Source of the DNA: an uncultured Thiomicrospira sp.
GTDB lineage: Bacteria; Pseudomonadota; Gammaproteobacteria; CAKMZV01
DNA: 64,000 nucleotides
NCBI GenBank assembly: GCA_965195345.1
Contig: OZ239628.1
Location: forward strand, 960,001 to 1,024,000
Direction of reading: 5' to 3'
Position numbers and translations under genes: made by a program. The notes under the pieces were generated by a model. That model made no database searches. It saw only the letters and a list, made by a program, of their open reading frames with translations, and had not been told where the DNA came from. This document shows positions 43,801-51,964 of the stretch, piece by piece. Every line of letters begins with the position of its first letter. Position 1 is the stretch's first letter.

Positions 43801-46800
43801 CATCAGCATCTGTGAAATAGCTTATTACTTGCGCTGAACCACGCACTTCCGTACCTGGCACTTGATTTTGTGTACGACTTGAAGCGGTTACTGCCACTGG
43901 GTTCGCAACTGGTGCTTCATTCACATTAAGTACTGGTACTGTTAATGTTGTCGTTGCTGTTAGGGTACCATCCGATGCTACGACAGCAACCGTCAACGGA
44001 CTATTATTCACGTCTGCTTGTACTAAAGTACGCATAAGTGTTACTTGTCCATTTGTGCTATTTATTGTGAAGGCATTTGTGCTTGGATTGGCAAGTGTAT
44101 ACGTTAATGTATCGCCATCAGCATCTGTGAAATAGCTCGTTACTTGTGCTGAACCACGCACTTCAGTACCTGGCACTTGATCTTGTGTACGACTTGAAGC
44201 GGTTACTGCTATTGGATTTGCAACTGGCGCATCATTCACGTTAAGTACTCGTACTGCTAATGTTGTTGTTGCTGTTAGGCTACCATCCGATGCTACGACA
44301 TCAACCGTCAAAATACTACTATTCACATCCGCTTGCACTAAAGTACGCATAAGCGTTACTTGTCCATTCGTGCTACTGATTGTGAAAGCATTTGTGCTTT
44401 CATTAGCAAGAGAGTACGTCAATGTATCGCCATCAGCATCTGTGAAATAGCTCTGCACTTGTGCTGAACCACGCACCACCGTACCCGCCACTTCATTTTG
44501 TGTACGATCTGCAGCGGTTACTGCCACTGGGTTTGCAACTGGTCCATCATTTACATTAAGTACTGGTACTGTTAATGTTGTCGTTGCTGTTAGGCTACCA
44601 TCCGATGCTGCGACATCAACCGTCAACGGACTACTACTCACATCCGCTTGTACTAAAGTACGCATAAGTGTTACTTGTCCATTTGTGCTACTGATTGTGA
44701 AAGCATTTGTGCTTTCATTAGCAAGTGAATACGTCAATGTATCGCCATCAGCATCTGTGAAATAGCTTTGCACTTGCGCTGAACCACGTACTTCAGTACC
44801 TGCCACTTCATTCTGTGTACGACTTGAAGCGGTTACTGCCACTGGGTTTGCAACTGGTGGATTATCAACGTTAAGCACTGGTACTGTTAATGTTGTTGTT
44901 GCTGTTAGGCTACCATCCGATGCTACGACATCAACTGTTAAAGGACTACTATTCACGTCTGCTTGTACTAAAGTACGCATAAGCGTTACTTGTCCATTCG
45001 TACTATTGATTGCAAAAGCATTTGTGCTTGGATTAGCAAGTGAATACGTCAATGTATCGCCATCAATATCTGTGAAGTAGCTTATTACTTGTGCTGAACC
45101 ACGCACTTCCGTACCCGCCACTTGATTTTCTGTACGACTTGAAGCAGTTACTGCAACTGGATTTGCAACTGGTGCATCATTTACATTAAGCACTGGTACT
45201 GTTAACGTTGTCGTTGCTGTTAGGCTACCATCCGATGCTACGACATCAACCGTCAAAGGACTACTATTCACGTCTGCTTGTACTAAAGTACGCATAAGCG
45301 TTACTTGTCCATTCGTGCTACTGATTGTGAAAGCATTTGTGCTTGGATTGGCAAGTGAATAGGTCAATGTATCGCCATCAGCATCTGTGAAGTAGCTCTG
45401 CACTTGCGCTGAACCACGCACTTCCGTACCTGTCACTTGATTTTGTGTACGACTTGAAGCGGTTACTGCTATAGGGCTTGCAACTGGTGCATTATCAACG
45501 TTAAGCACTGGTACTGTTAATGTTGTTGTTGCTGTTAGGCTACCATCCGATGCCACGACATCAACCGTTAAAGGACTACTATTCACGTCTGCTTGTACTA
45601 AAGTACGCATAAGCGTTACTTGTCCATTTGTGCTACTGATTGTGAAAGCATTTGTGCTTGGATTAGCAAGTGAATACGTCAATGTATCGCCATCGACATC
45701 TGTGAAGTAGCTTATTACTTGTGCTGAACCACGCACCTCAGTACCCGCCACTTGATTTTCTGTGCGACTTGAAGCAGTTACTGCTACTGGATTTGCAACT
45801 GGTGCATCATTTACATTAAGCACTGGTACTGTTAATGTTGTCGTTGCTGTTAGGCTACCATCCGATGCTACGACATCAACCGTCAACGGACTACTACTCA
45901 CATCCGCTTGTACTAAAGTACGCATAAGCGTTACTTGTCCATTTGTGCTACTGATTGCAAAAGCATTTGTGCTTGGATTAGCAAGTGAATACGTCAATGT
46001 ATCGCCATCTGCATCTGTGAAATAGCTTTGCACTCGCGTTGAATCACGCACTAAAGTACCTGTTGAATCATTTTGTGTACGGCTTGAAGCAGTTACTGCT
46101 ATTGGGTTTGCAACTGGAGCATCATTTACATTAAGCACTGGTACTGTTAATGTTGTCGTTGCTGTTAGGCTACCATCCGATGCTACGACATCAACCGTCA
46201 ACGGACTACTACTCACATCCGCTTGTACTAAAGTACGCATAAGCGTTACTTGTCCATTTGTACTATTGATTGCAAAAGCATTTGTACTTGCATTAGCAAG
46301 TGAATACGTTAATGTGTCGCCATCTGCATCTGTGAAATAGCTTTGCACTCGCGTTGAATCACGCACTAAAGTACCTGTTGAATCATTTTGTGTACGACTT
46401 GAAGCAGTTACTGCTATTGGGTTCGCAACTGGTGCTTCATTCACATTAAGCACTGGTACTGTTAATGTTGTCGTTGCTGTTAAGCTACCATCCGATGCTA
46501 CGACATCAACCGTTAAAGGACTATTGCTCACATCCGCTTGTACTAAAGTACGCATAAGCGTTACTTGTCCATTTGTGCTACTGATTGTGAAAGCATCTGT
46601 GCTTGCATTGGCAAGTGAATACGTTAATGTATCGCCATCAGCATCTGTGAAATAGCTTTGCACTCGCGTTGAATCACGCACTAAAGTACCTGTTGAATCA
46701 TTTTGTGTGCGGCTTGAAGCAGTTACTGCTATTGGGTTTGCAACTGGAGCATCATTTACATTAAGCACTGGTACTGTTAATGTTGTCGTTGCTGTGAGGC

Positions 46801-49351
46801 TACCATCCGATGCTACGACATCAACCGTCAACGGACTACTACTCACATCCGCTTGTACTAAAGTACGCATAAGCGTTACTTGTCCATTTGTGCTACTGAT
46901 TGTGAAAGCATCTGTGCTTGCATTGGCAAGTGAATACGTTAATGTATCGCCATCTGCATCTGTGAAATAGCTTTGCACTCGCGTTGAATCACGCACTAAA
47001 GTACCTGTTGAATCATTTTGTGTACGACTTGAAGCAGTTACTGCTATTGGGTTTGCAACTGGAGCATCATTTACATTAAGCACTGGTACTGTTAATGTTG
47101 TCGTTGCTGTTAAGCTACCATCCGATGCTACGACATCAACCGTCAACGGACTACTACTCACATCCGCTTGTACTAAAGTACGCATAAGCGTTACTTGTCC
47201 ATTTGTGCTACTGATTGCAAAAGCATTTGTGCTTGCATTGGCAAGTGAATACGTTAATGTATCGCCATCTGCATCTGTGAAATAGCTTTGCACTCGCGTT
47301 GAATCACGCACTAAAGTACCTCTTGAATCATTTTGTGTACGACTTGAAGCAGTTACTGCTATTGGGTTTGCAACTGGAGCATCATTTACATTAAGCACTG
47401 GTACTGTTAATGTTGTCGTTGCTGTTAAGCTACCATCCGATGCTACGACATCAACCGTCAACGGACTACTACTCACATCCGCTTGTACTAAAGTACGCAT
47501 AAGCGTTACTTGTCCATTTGTGCTACTGATTGCAAAAGCATTTGTGCTTGCATTGGCAAGTGAATACGTTAATGTATCGCCATCTGCATCTGTGAAATAG
47601 CTTTGCACTCGCGTTGAATCACGCACTAAAGTACCTGTTGAATCATTTTGTGTACGACTTGAAGCAGTTACTGCTATTGGGTTCGCAACTGGTGCTTCAT
47701 TCACATTAAGCACTGGTACTGTTAATGTTGTCGTTGCTGTTAAGCTACCATCCGATGCTACGACATCAACCGTTAAAGGACTATTGCTCACATCCGCTTG
47801 TACTAAAGTACGCATAAGCGTTACTTGTCCATTTGTGCTACTGATTGTGAAAGCATCTGTGCTTGCATTGGCAAGTGAATACGTTAATGTATCGCCATCT
47901 GCATCTGTGAAATAGCTTTGTACTCGCGTTGCATCACGTACTAAAGTACCTGTTGAATCATTTTGTGTGCGGCTTGAAGCAGTTACTGCTATTGGGTTTG
48001 CAACTGGAGCATCATTTACATTAAGCACTGGTACTGTTAATGTTGTCGTTGCTGTTAGGCTACCATCCGATGCTAAGACATCAACCGTCAACGGACTACT
48101 ACTCACATCCGCTTGTCCTAAAGTACGCGCAAGTGTTACTTGTCCATTTGTGCTGCTAATTGTGAAGGCACTCGTGCTGGTAGCAAGTGAATACGTTAAT
48201 GTATCGCCATCTGCATCTGTGAAATAGCTTTGCACTCGCGTTGAATCACGCACTAAAGTACCTGTTGAATCATTTTGTGTACGACTTGAAGCAGTTACCG
48301 CCGTTGGGCTCGCAACTGGTGCATCATTCACATTAAGTACTGGTACTGTTAATGTTACCACTGCTATTTCGGCATCATCATCCGTTGCTACGACATCAAC
48401 CGTCAAAGGACTATTGTTCACATCCGCTTGTACTAAAGTACGCGCAAGTGTTATTTGTCCATTTGTGCTGCTGATTGTGAAATCAGTTGTTATAGAAAGT
48501 GAATACGTTAATGTATCGCCATCAACATCTGTGAAATAGCTTTGCACTCGCGTTGAATCACGCACTAAAGTACCTGTTGAATCATTTTGTGTACGACTTG
48601 AAGCAGTTACCGCCGTTGGGCTCGCAACTGGTGCATCATTCACATTAAGCACTGGTACTGTTAATGTTGTCGTTGCTGTTAGGCTACCATCCGATGCTAC
48701 GACATCAACCGTTAAAGGACTATCATTCACATCCGCTTGTCCTAAAGTACGCGCAAGTGTTACTTGTCCATTTGTGCTGCTAATTGTGAAGGCACTCGTG
48801 CTGGTAGCAAGTGAATACGTTAATGTATCGCCATCAATATCTGTGAAATAGCTTTGCACTCGCGTTGAATCACGCACTACAGTACCTGTTGAATCATTTT
48901 GTGTACGACTTGAAGCAGTTACCGCCGTTGGGCTCGCAACTGGTGTATCATTCACATTAAGCACGATAACTACAAAACTCACAGTGCTGGCTCTAGTTTG
49001 ATCAGTCACTGGTGCCGCCTCGTCAGTAGCAACAACCTGACCTGTTAAAGGACTGTTATTCACATCCGTTTGGACTAGAGTACGCGTAAGGGTTATTCGT
49101 CCATTTGTGCTACTGATTGTGAAGGGACTCGTGCTAGTAGCAAGTGAATACGTTAATGGATCGCCATCGGCATCTGTGAAAGCTGCTCGTACAGTTGCAC
49201 TGCTGATTACTTCAGTGTCTGTGGTGTCATTTTGCGTAAGAGTGCTCGTATCAAACGATACTATGTTAGTTGATACTCCTCCTGCCATTGCCGTCAACGG
49301 AATTGTAAAGAAAGAAAGAAAGAACATCACCAAAAAAATCACTCTATTCAT
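40805..49351 (-). CDS. Giant surface adhesin-like protein: about 23 cadherin-like repeats, a further Ig-like domain, DxDxDG repeats and a GGC-type CTERM anchor
   Basis: Sec signal; repeat motifs FTD.DGDTLTYSL...ASDG...NVNDAP; C-terminus GGSGGCS...hydrophobic helix...RSRRRA. Confidence 0.88.
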   Translation of the reverse strand: MNRVIFLVMFFLSFFTIPLTAMAGGVSTNIVSFDTSTLTQNDTTDTEVISSATVRAAFTDADGDPLTYSLATSTSPFTISSTNGRITLTRTLVQTDVNNSPLTGQVVATDEAAPVTDQTRASTVSFVVIVLNVNDTPVASPTAVTASSRTQNDSTGTVVRDSTRVQSYFTDIDGDTLTYSLATSTSAFTISSTNGQVTLARTLGQADVNDSPLTVDVVASDGSLTATTTLTVPVLNVNDAPVASPTAVTASSRTQNDSTGTLVRDSTRVQSYFTDVDGDTLTYSLSITTDFTISSTNGQITLARTLVQADVNNSPLTVDVVATDDDAEIAVVTLTVPVLNVNDAPVASPTAVTASSRTQNDSTGTLVRDSTRVQSYFTDADGDTLTYSLATSTSAFTISSTNGQVTLARTLGQADVSSSPLTVDVLASDGSLTATTTLTVPVLNVNDAPVANPIAVTASSRTQNDSTGTLVRDATRVQSYFTDADGDTLTYSLANASTDAFTISSTNGQVTLMRTLVQADVSNSPLTVDVVASDGSLTATTTLTVPVLNVNEAPVANPIAVTASSRTQNDSTGTLVRDSTRVQSYFTDADGDTLTYSLANASTNAFAISSTNGQVTLMRTLVQADVSSSPLTVDVVASDGSLTATTTLTVPVLNVNDAPVANPIAVTASSRTQNDSRGTLVRDSTRVQSYFTDADGDTLTYSLANASTNAFAISSTNGQVTLMRTLVQADVSSSPLTVDVVASDGSLTATTTLTVPVLNVNDAPVANPIAVTASSRTQNDSTGTLVRDSTRVQSYFTDADGDTLTYSLANASTDAFTISSTNGQVTLMRTLVQADVSSSPLTVDVVASDGSLTATTTLTVPVLNVNDAPVANPIAVTASSRTQNDSTGTLVRDSTRVQSYFTDADGDTLTYSLANASTDAFTISSTNGQVTLMRTLVQADVSNSPLTVDVVASDGSLTATTTLTVPVLNVNEAPVANPIAVTASSRTQNDSTGTLVRDSTRVQSYFTDADGDTLTYSLANASTNAFAINSTNGQVTLMRTLVQADVSSSPLTVDVVASDGSLTATTTLTVPVLNVNDAPVANPIAVTASSRTQNDSTGTLVRDSTRVQSYFTDADGDTLTYSLANPSTNAFAISSTNGQVTLMRTLVQADVSSSPLTVDVVASDGSLTATTTLTVPVLNVNDAPVANPVAVTASSRTENQVAGTEVRGSAQVISYFTDVDGDTLTYSLANPSTNAFTISSTNGQVTLMRTLVQADVNSSPLTVDVVASDGSLTATTTLTVPVLNVDNAPVASPIAVTASSRTQNQVTGTEVRGSAQVQSYFTDADGDTLTYSLANPSTNAFTISSTNGQVTLMRTLVQADVNSSPLTVDVVASDGSLTATTTLTVPVLNVNDAPVANPVAVTASSRTENQVAGTEVRGSAQVISYFTDIDGDTLTYSLANPSTNAFAINSTNGQVTLMRTLVQADVNSSPLTVDVVASDGSLTATTTLTVPVLNVDNPPVANPVAVTASSRTQNEVAGTEVRGSAQVQSYFTDADGDTLTYSLANESTNAFTISSTNGQVTLMRTLVQADVSSSPLTVDVAASDGSLTATTTLTVPVLNVNDGPVANPVAVTAADRTQNEVAGTVVRGSAQVQSYFTDADGDTLTYSLANESTNAFTISSTNGQVTLMRTLVQADVNSSILTVDVVASDGSLTATTTLAVRVLNVNDAPVANPIAVTASSRTQDQVPGTEVRGSAQVTSYFTDADGDTLTYTLANPSTNAFTINSTNGQVTLMRTLVQADVNNSPLTVAVVASDGTLTATTTLTVPVLNVNEAPVANPVAVTASSRTQNQVPGTEVRGSAQVISYFTDADGDTLTYSLANESTNAFTISSTNGQVTLMRTLVQADVNNSPLTVDVVASDGRLTATTTLTVPVLNVNDAPIANPVAVTASSRTQNDSAGTLVRSSTQVQSYFTDVDGDTLTYSLANANAFTISSTNGQVTLMRTLEQTDVNFSPLTVDVVASDGSLTATTTLTVPVLNVNEAPVASQTAVTASSRTQNEVAGTLVHFSSQTRRFFTDVDGDTLTYSLANPSTNAFTISSTNGQVTLMRTLVQADVNSSPLTVDVVASDGSLTATTTLTVPVLNVNDAPVANPIAVTASSRTQNEVAGTEVRGSAQVTSYFTDADGDTLTYSLANASTDAFTISSTNGQVTLMRTLVQMDVSNSPLTVDVVASDGSLTATTTLTVPVLDVDIAPVANPIAVTASSRTQNEVAGTEVRGSAQVTSYFTDADGDTLTYSLDNTSTNAFTINSTNGQVTLMRTLVQADVNNSPLTVDVVASDGRLTATTTLTVPVLNVNDAPIANPLAVTASSRTQNEMAGTEVRSSARVQSYFTDVDGDTLTYSLATTNDFTISSTNGQVTLARTLVQADVNNSPLTVDVVASDGSLTATTTLTVPVLNVNDAPVANDDVIDQSVSVAFSTLNIDVLANDTDVDGDTLSVASVVSASNLGIYTNSSSMVLFTASDALFRRSGAVYSTAVYTVTDSQLTSTALVTIRFSIPNDLDGDGIGNVLDLNPTTSSGSITLIGTATISSHQFLALQTIGLTTASLVSDSDGDTWPDVVELLLNTSITSVISSDADADGIPDEVEMYLSSQTSSVTITAVSDRDNDGFYDIQELRLATNPFSAASIPVHSTTTADTDRDGILDTEEVFIGLSSGTYTTQTALAVTNTLAFSDVNGTAQSVNTNVAITINASTLSRVILTSSTFIWDISGAGIASTSVQTTGTILVVTPLSDAALMVTLTIDEPITRNNLRIPLLHVSTGTVVAAIAPPPASSDGGSGGCSLNTNANTDGILWLLSLFALFMILRSRRRA
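42030..49260 (-). repeat. Intragenic tandem repeat, about 23 units of about 309-315 bp
   Basis: Near-identical units, e.g. gtactgttaatgttgtcgttgctgtta recurring about every 315 bp. Confidence 0.95.
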
Positions 49352-49728
49352 GCTACCAACCTCAATTTTAAAATGTTTTATATTCGTACTCGCATAAGAA
49401 ATTCTTAATGCTCATTTAACGAAAGTACCTATCGGAATGTAGATTCCAAAAATATTACGCTCGGGCTGTATAGTACCACACTTTTTCAGCTCATGTTTTA
49501 TTTCATCTTATTTTTCGGTGCATGAGGCGAGTGCGTACAGGCATTAGCAATCGCCTATTCGACGTAATCATTTCAAGTTTAATGTTTAAACTAAGAGCAT
49601 TCTCCCACTTTTTAGTGCAACGCTTGAATTTGCCCATTTACTTTTAGTGAGTGCTTTCAAAGTTGAAAAAGGACAGTGCTTTATTGTTGGACTATGCTCT
49701 TTTTTGAATTCAGTAAACGCGTACAGAC

Positions 49729-50934
49729 TCATTTGTTTTGAGGTCCAATGAGTACTGCCATGTACTTTTGAACTAAATCTTTTTGTTTTTCTATATGTTT
49801 TAATGCTTGTTCTTGCATTTTTTTACGCAATGCATCATTTTTTAACAAATGCAAGACTTTCTCTATTGCTTCGCAATAATCTGCACATTGAATGAGAGCA
49901 TTCTCTTCTACTAATGACCGAGCCTCGTCTATAAAATTGCTCATATGATTGCCACTGATGATAGCAGCTCCGCATGATGCGGGTTCTAATACATTATGCC
50001 CTCCCTTAGCAACAAATGAACCGCCCATGATAACAACCTCTGCATTTTGGAATAGAGGGGGTAAGAGACCTAATTTATTAATAATGTGCACGTTCGTATG
50101 TGAATCAACATGTACTCCCTGACTGATAGAGCAAGTCAGATTTAGCGCCTGCAAGTCTTTAATAATGGCTGCAGTACGTTCTGGATGACGTGGCGCAATA
50201 ATTAATTGCTCAGCGCGATTGCTACATAGCCATTTTTTGGCAAACTGGACTTCTTCATCCGCGTGGCTTGACGCAAGTAAAATAAAAGGACGATTTGAAG
50301 AGATTGAGTGCTTTTTCTGTTGAATATTTGAGTATTTTAAGTTGCCTAAAGCCTGACATTTATGTGCTTCTACTCCTAATTTTTGAAATTCAGTTAGATT
50401 GTTAAAATCTTTTGTCAACACTTTCTCTACCAATTTTAGACTTTGCCGATAATAGTCTTTTATCCAGTTAGGTGCTAACAATATCTTATTAGTAATTCGT
50501 GCATTGATGATCGTAATTGGAATTTTCTGATTCGCACATTGTTTAAAAAGCTGTGGCCAAATCTCTGTTTCAACGACCCATAAAAGGGAAGGGTTAGCTG
50601 CTTTGAGAAACCGCTTTATTGAACTAACCCAGTCAAAGGGCAAAGCACACACGGTAACATTGTTTGGTAAATTTTGAGCTACCTGATAACCAGAGGTCGT
50701 TCCTACAGTCAATATTACAGGCTTTTGTAAAAGTTTAATCAATCCTGTTACAGCATTGACCTCTCCAACAGAGGCGCAGTGAATCCAATATGTATTTTGA
50801 GGAAATAGGGGATAGCTGTAGCCCAGCCTTTGTAAAATGAACTTTAGCGATAGTCCACGCTTCCAATTTTCTTTAATGATTAAGATAACGAGAATAGGGC
50901 TGACAATGATTAGTAAAAGGCGATAAATTCCCAT
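49729..50934 (-). CDS. waaA: Kdo transferase
   Basis: WIHCASVGE, ETEIWP, APRHPER, GGHNVLEPA; likely start MGIY at 50934. Confidence 0.9.
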   Translation of the reverse strand: MGIYRLLLIIVSPILVILIIKENWKRGLSLKFILQRLGYSYPLFPQNTYWIHCASVGEVNAVTGLIKLLQKPVILTVGTTSGYQVAQNLPNNVTVCALPFDWVSSIKRFLKAANPSLLWVVETEIWPQLFKQCANQKIPITIINARITNKILLAPNWIKDYYRQSLKLVEKVLTKDFNNLTEFQKLGVEAHKCQALGNLKYSNIQQKKHSISSNRPFILLASSHADEEVQFAKKWLCSNRAEQLIIAPRHPERTAAIIKDLQALNLTCSISQGVHVDSHTNVHIINKLGLLPPLFQNAEVVIMGGSFVAKGGHNVLEPASCGAAIISGNHMSNFIDEARSLVEENALIQCADYCEAIEKVLHLLKNDALRKKMQEQALKHIEKQKDLVQKYMAVLIGPQNK

Positions 50935-50938
50935 TAAT

Positions 50939-51688
50939 TTATAATAAGGCTGGGCTTCTATTGAAGCAGTGATGAGCGATGTCCTCTGGGATGTTGATTT
51001 CTGGAGAATCATACAAACTTTCTATAACTTTTATTTTTCCACCGTACTCTAGTATTCGCAATTGTTCTGATTTTTCAGATAATTCAAGAGTTTTGGGTGC
51101 TCGATTAGCAAGACTTAATGCGAACCACTTACGAGAGGCATGAATACCAAGCTGTTTGAAATAAGTTGAGTTTGTTTTTTTATCACGATTGTATGGAATA
51201 ACGTTCCGCGAAAAATACATGGCATATCCATTTTTATCGCTAACCACTTTGTAGGTGTTTGAATTGTTAATTTCTTTTAAATCATTTATTCGATATGAGA
51301 GTGTGGCAGCTGCAAAATCCTCAGATGCATCGTTTTTGAAACAAGCAATAATTTGTTCGATACTTTGTGAATTAACAAAAGGTTGATTACCCGGTATGCT
51401 AACCAAAATACAATTATCTGGCAAAGCTGTTGCATTGGCAGCGTGAGCTACTTGATTAATTCCAGAAGTCAAGCTCATTGGAGTTAGGATGACTTTTCCG
51501 CCAAATCCTTCAATTCCTTCTGCTATCTGCGCATCATCGGTAGCCACATAAACTTCTTTGATGCCTTTTGCTTTTACACAACGAGAATAAAGTTGTTTAA
51601 TAATTTTTTTTTTATCTGTCAATGCTAAAGACTCGTTAGGAACGCACGATGATCTATAACGAGCAAGAATGATAGCAACAGCGGTCAT
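50939..51688 (-). CDS. kdsB: CMP-Kdo synthetase-like protein, divergent
   Basis: VATDD, KVV.D..G.A.YFSR..IP, EQLR.LE.G; several active-site residues altered. Confidence 0.7.
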   Translation of the reverse strand: MTAVAIILARYRSSCVPNESLALTDKKKIIKQLYSRCVKAKGIKEVYVATDDAQIAEGIEGFGGKVILTPMSLTSGINQVAHAANATALPDNCILVSIPGNQPFVNSQSIEQIIACFKNDASEDFAAATLSYRINDLKEINNSNTYKVVSDKNGYAMYFSRNVIPYNRDKKTNSTYFKQLGIHASRKWFALSLANRAPKTLELSEKSEQLRILEYGGKIKVIESLYDSPEINIPEDIAHHCFNRSPALL

Positions 51689-51964
51689 TACATGCGAAGG
51701 TATAGAGACGATAATAGCAGAGTGCTTGATTCACTCTGCCAAGAATTTTCAAAACCACCTTTGCAGAGGCACGTTAATTCTTTCGAAAATTCAATCATAT
51801 TATTTCAATTGTAAGTTGTTCAATTTTTACAAATTCCTCGTGGCATGTAATATACCATGCTCATTAAATGTGTACTCGTCTTCAGTTAGCCACGTTTGCA
51901 ACAACTTGCGGAAGTTACCACTTGGCTTCTTTCTACTGTTAAACCACTCACTCACCGCTTCAGC

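Noticed and set aside
42012-49397. Repeated + strand ORFs and a possible CRISPR-like array
   Set aside because: Antisense frames of the adhesin repeats; units are ~315-bp coding repeats with no unique spacers and no cas genes
49601-49610. TCTCCCACTT as the distal att core of the guaA island
   Set aside because: Only a 7-8 nt match, no arm repeats or IHF box, a similar match occurs near 938, and waaA/kdsB would fall inside the island
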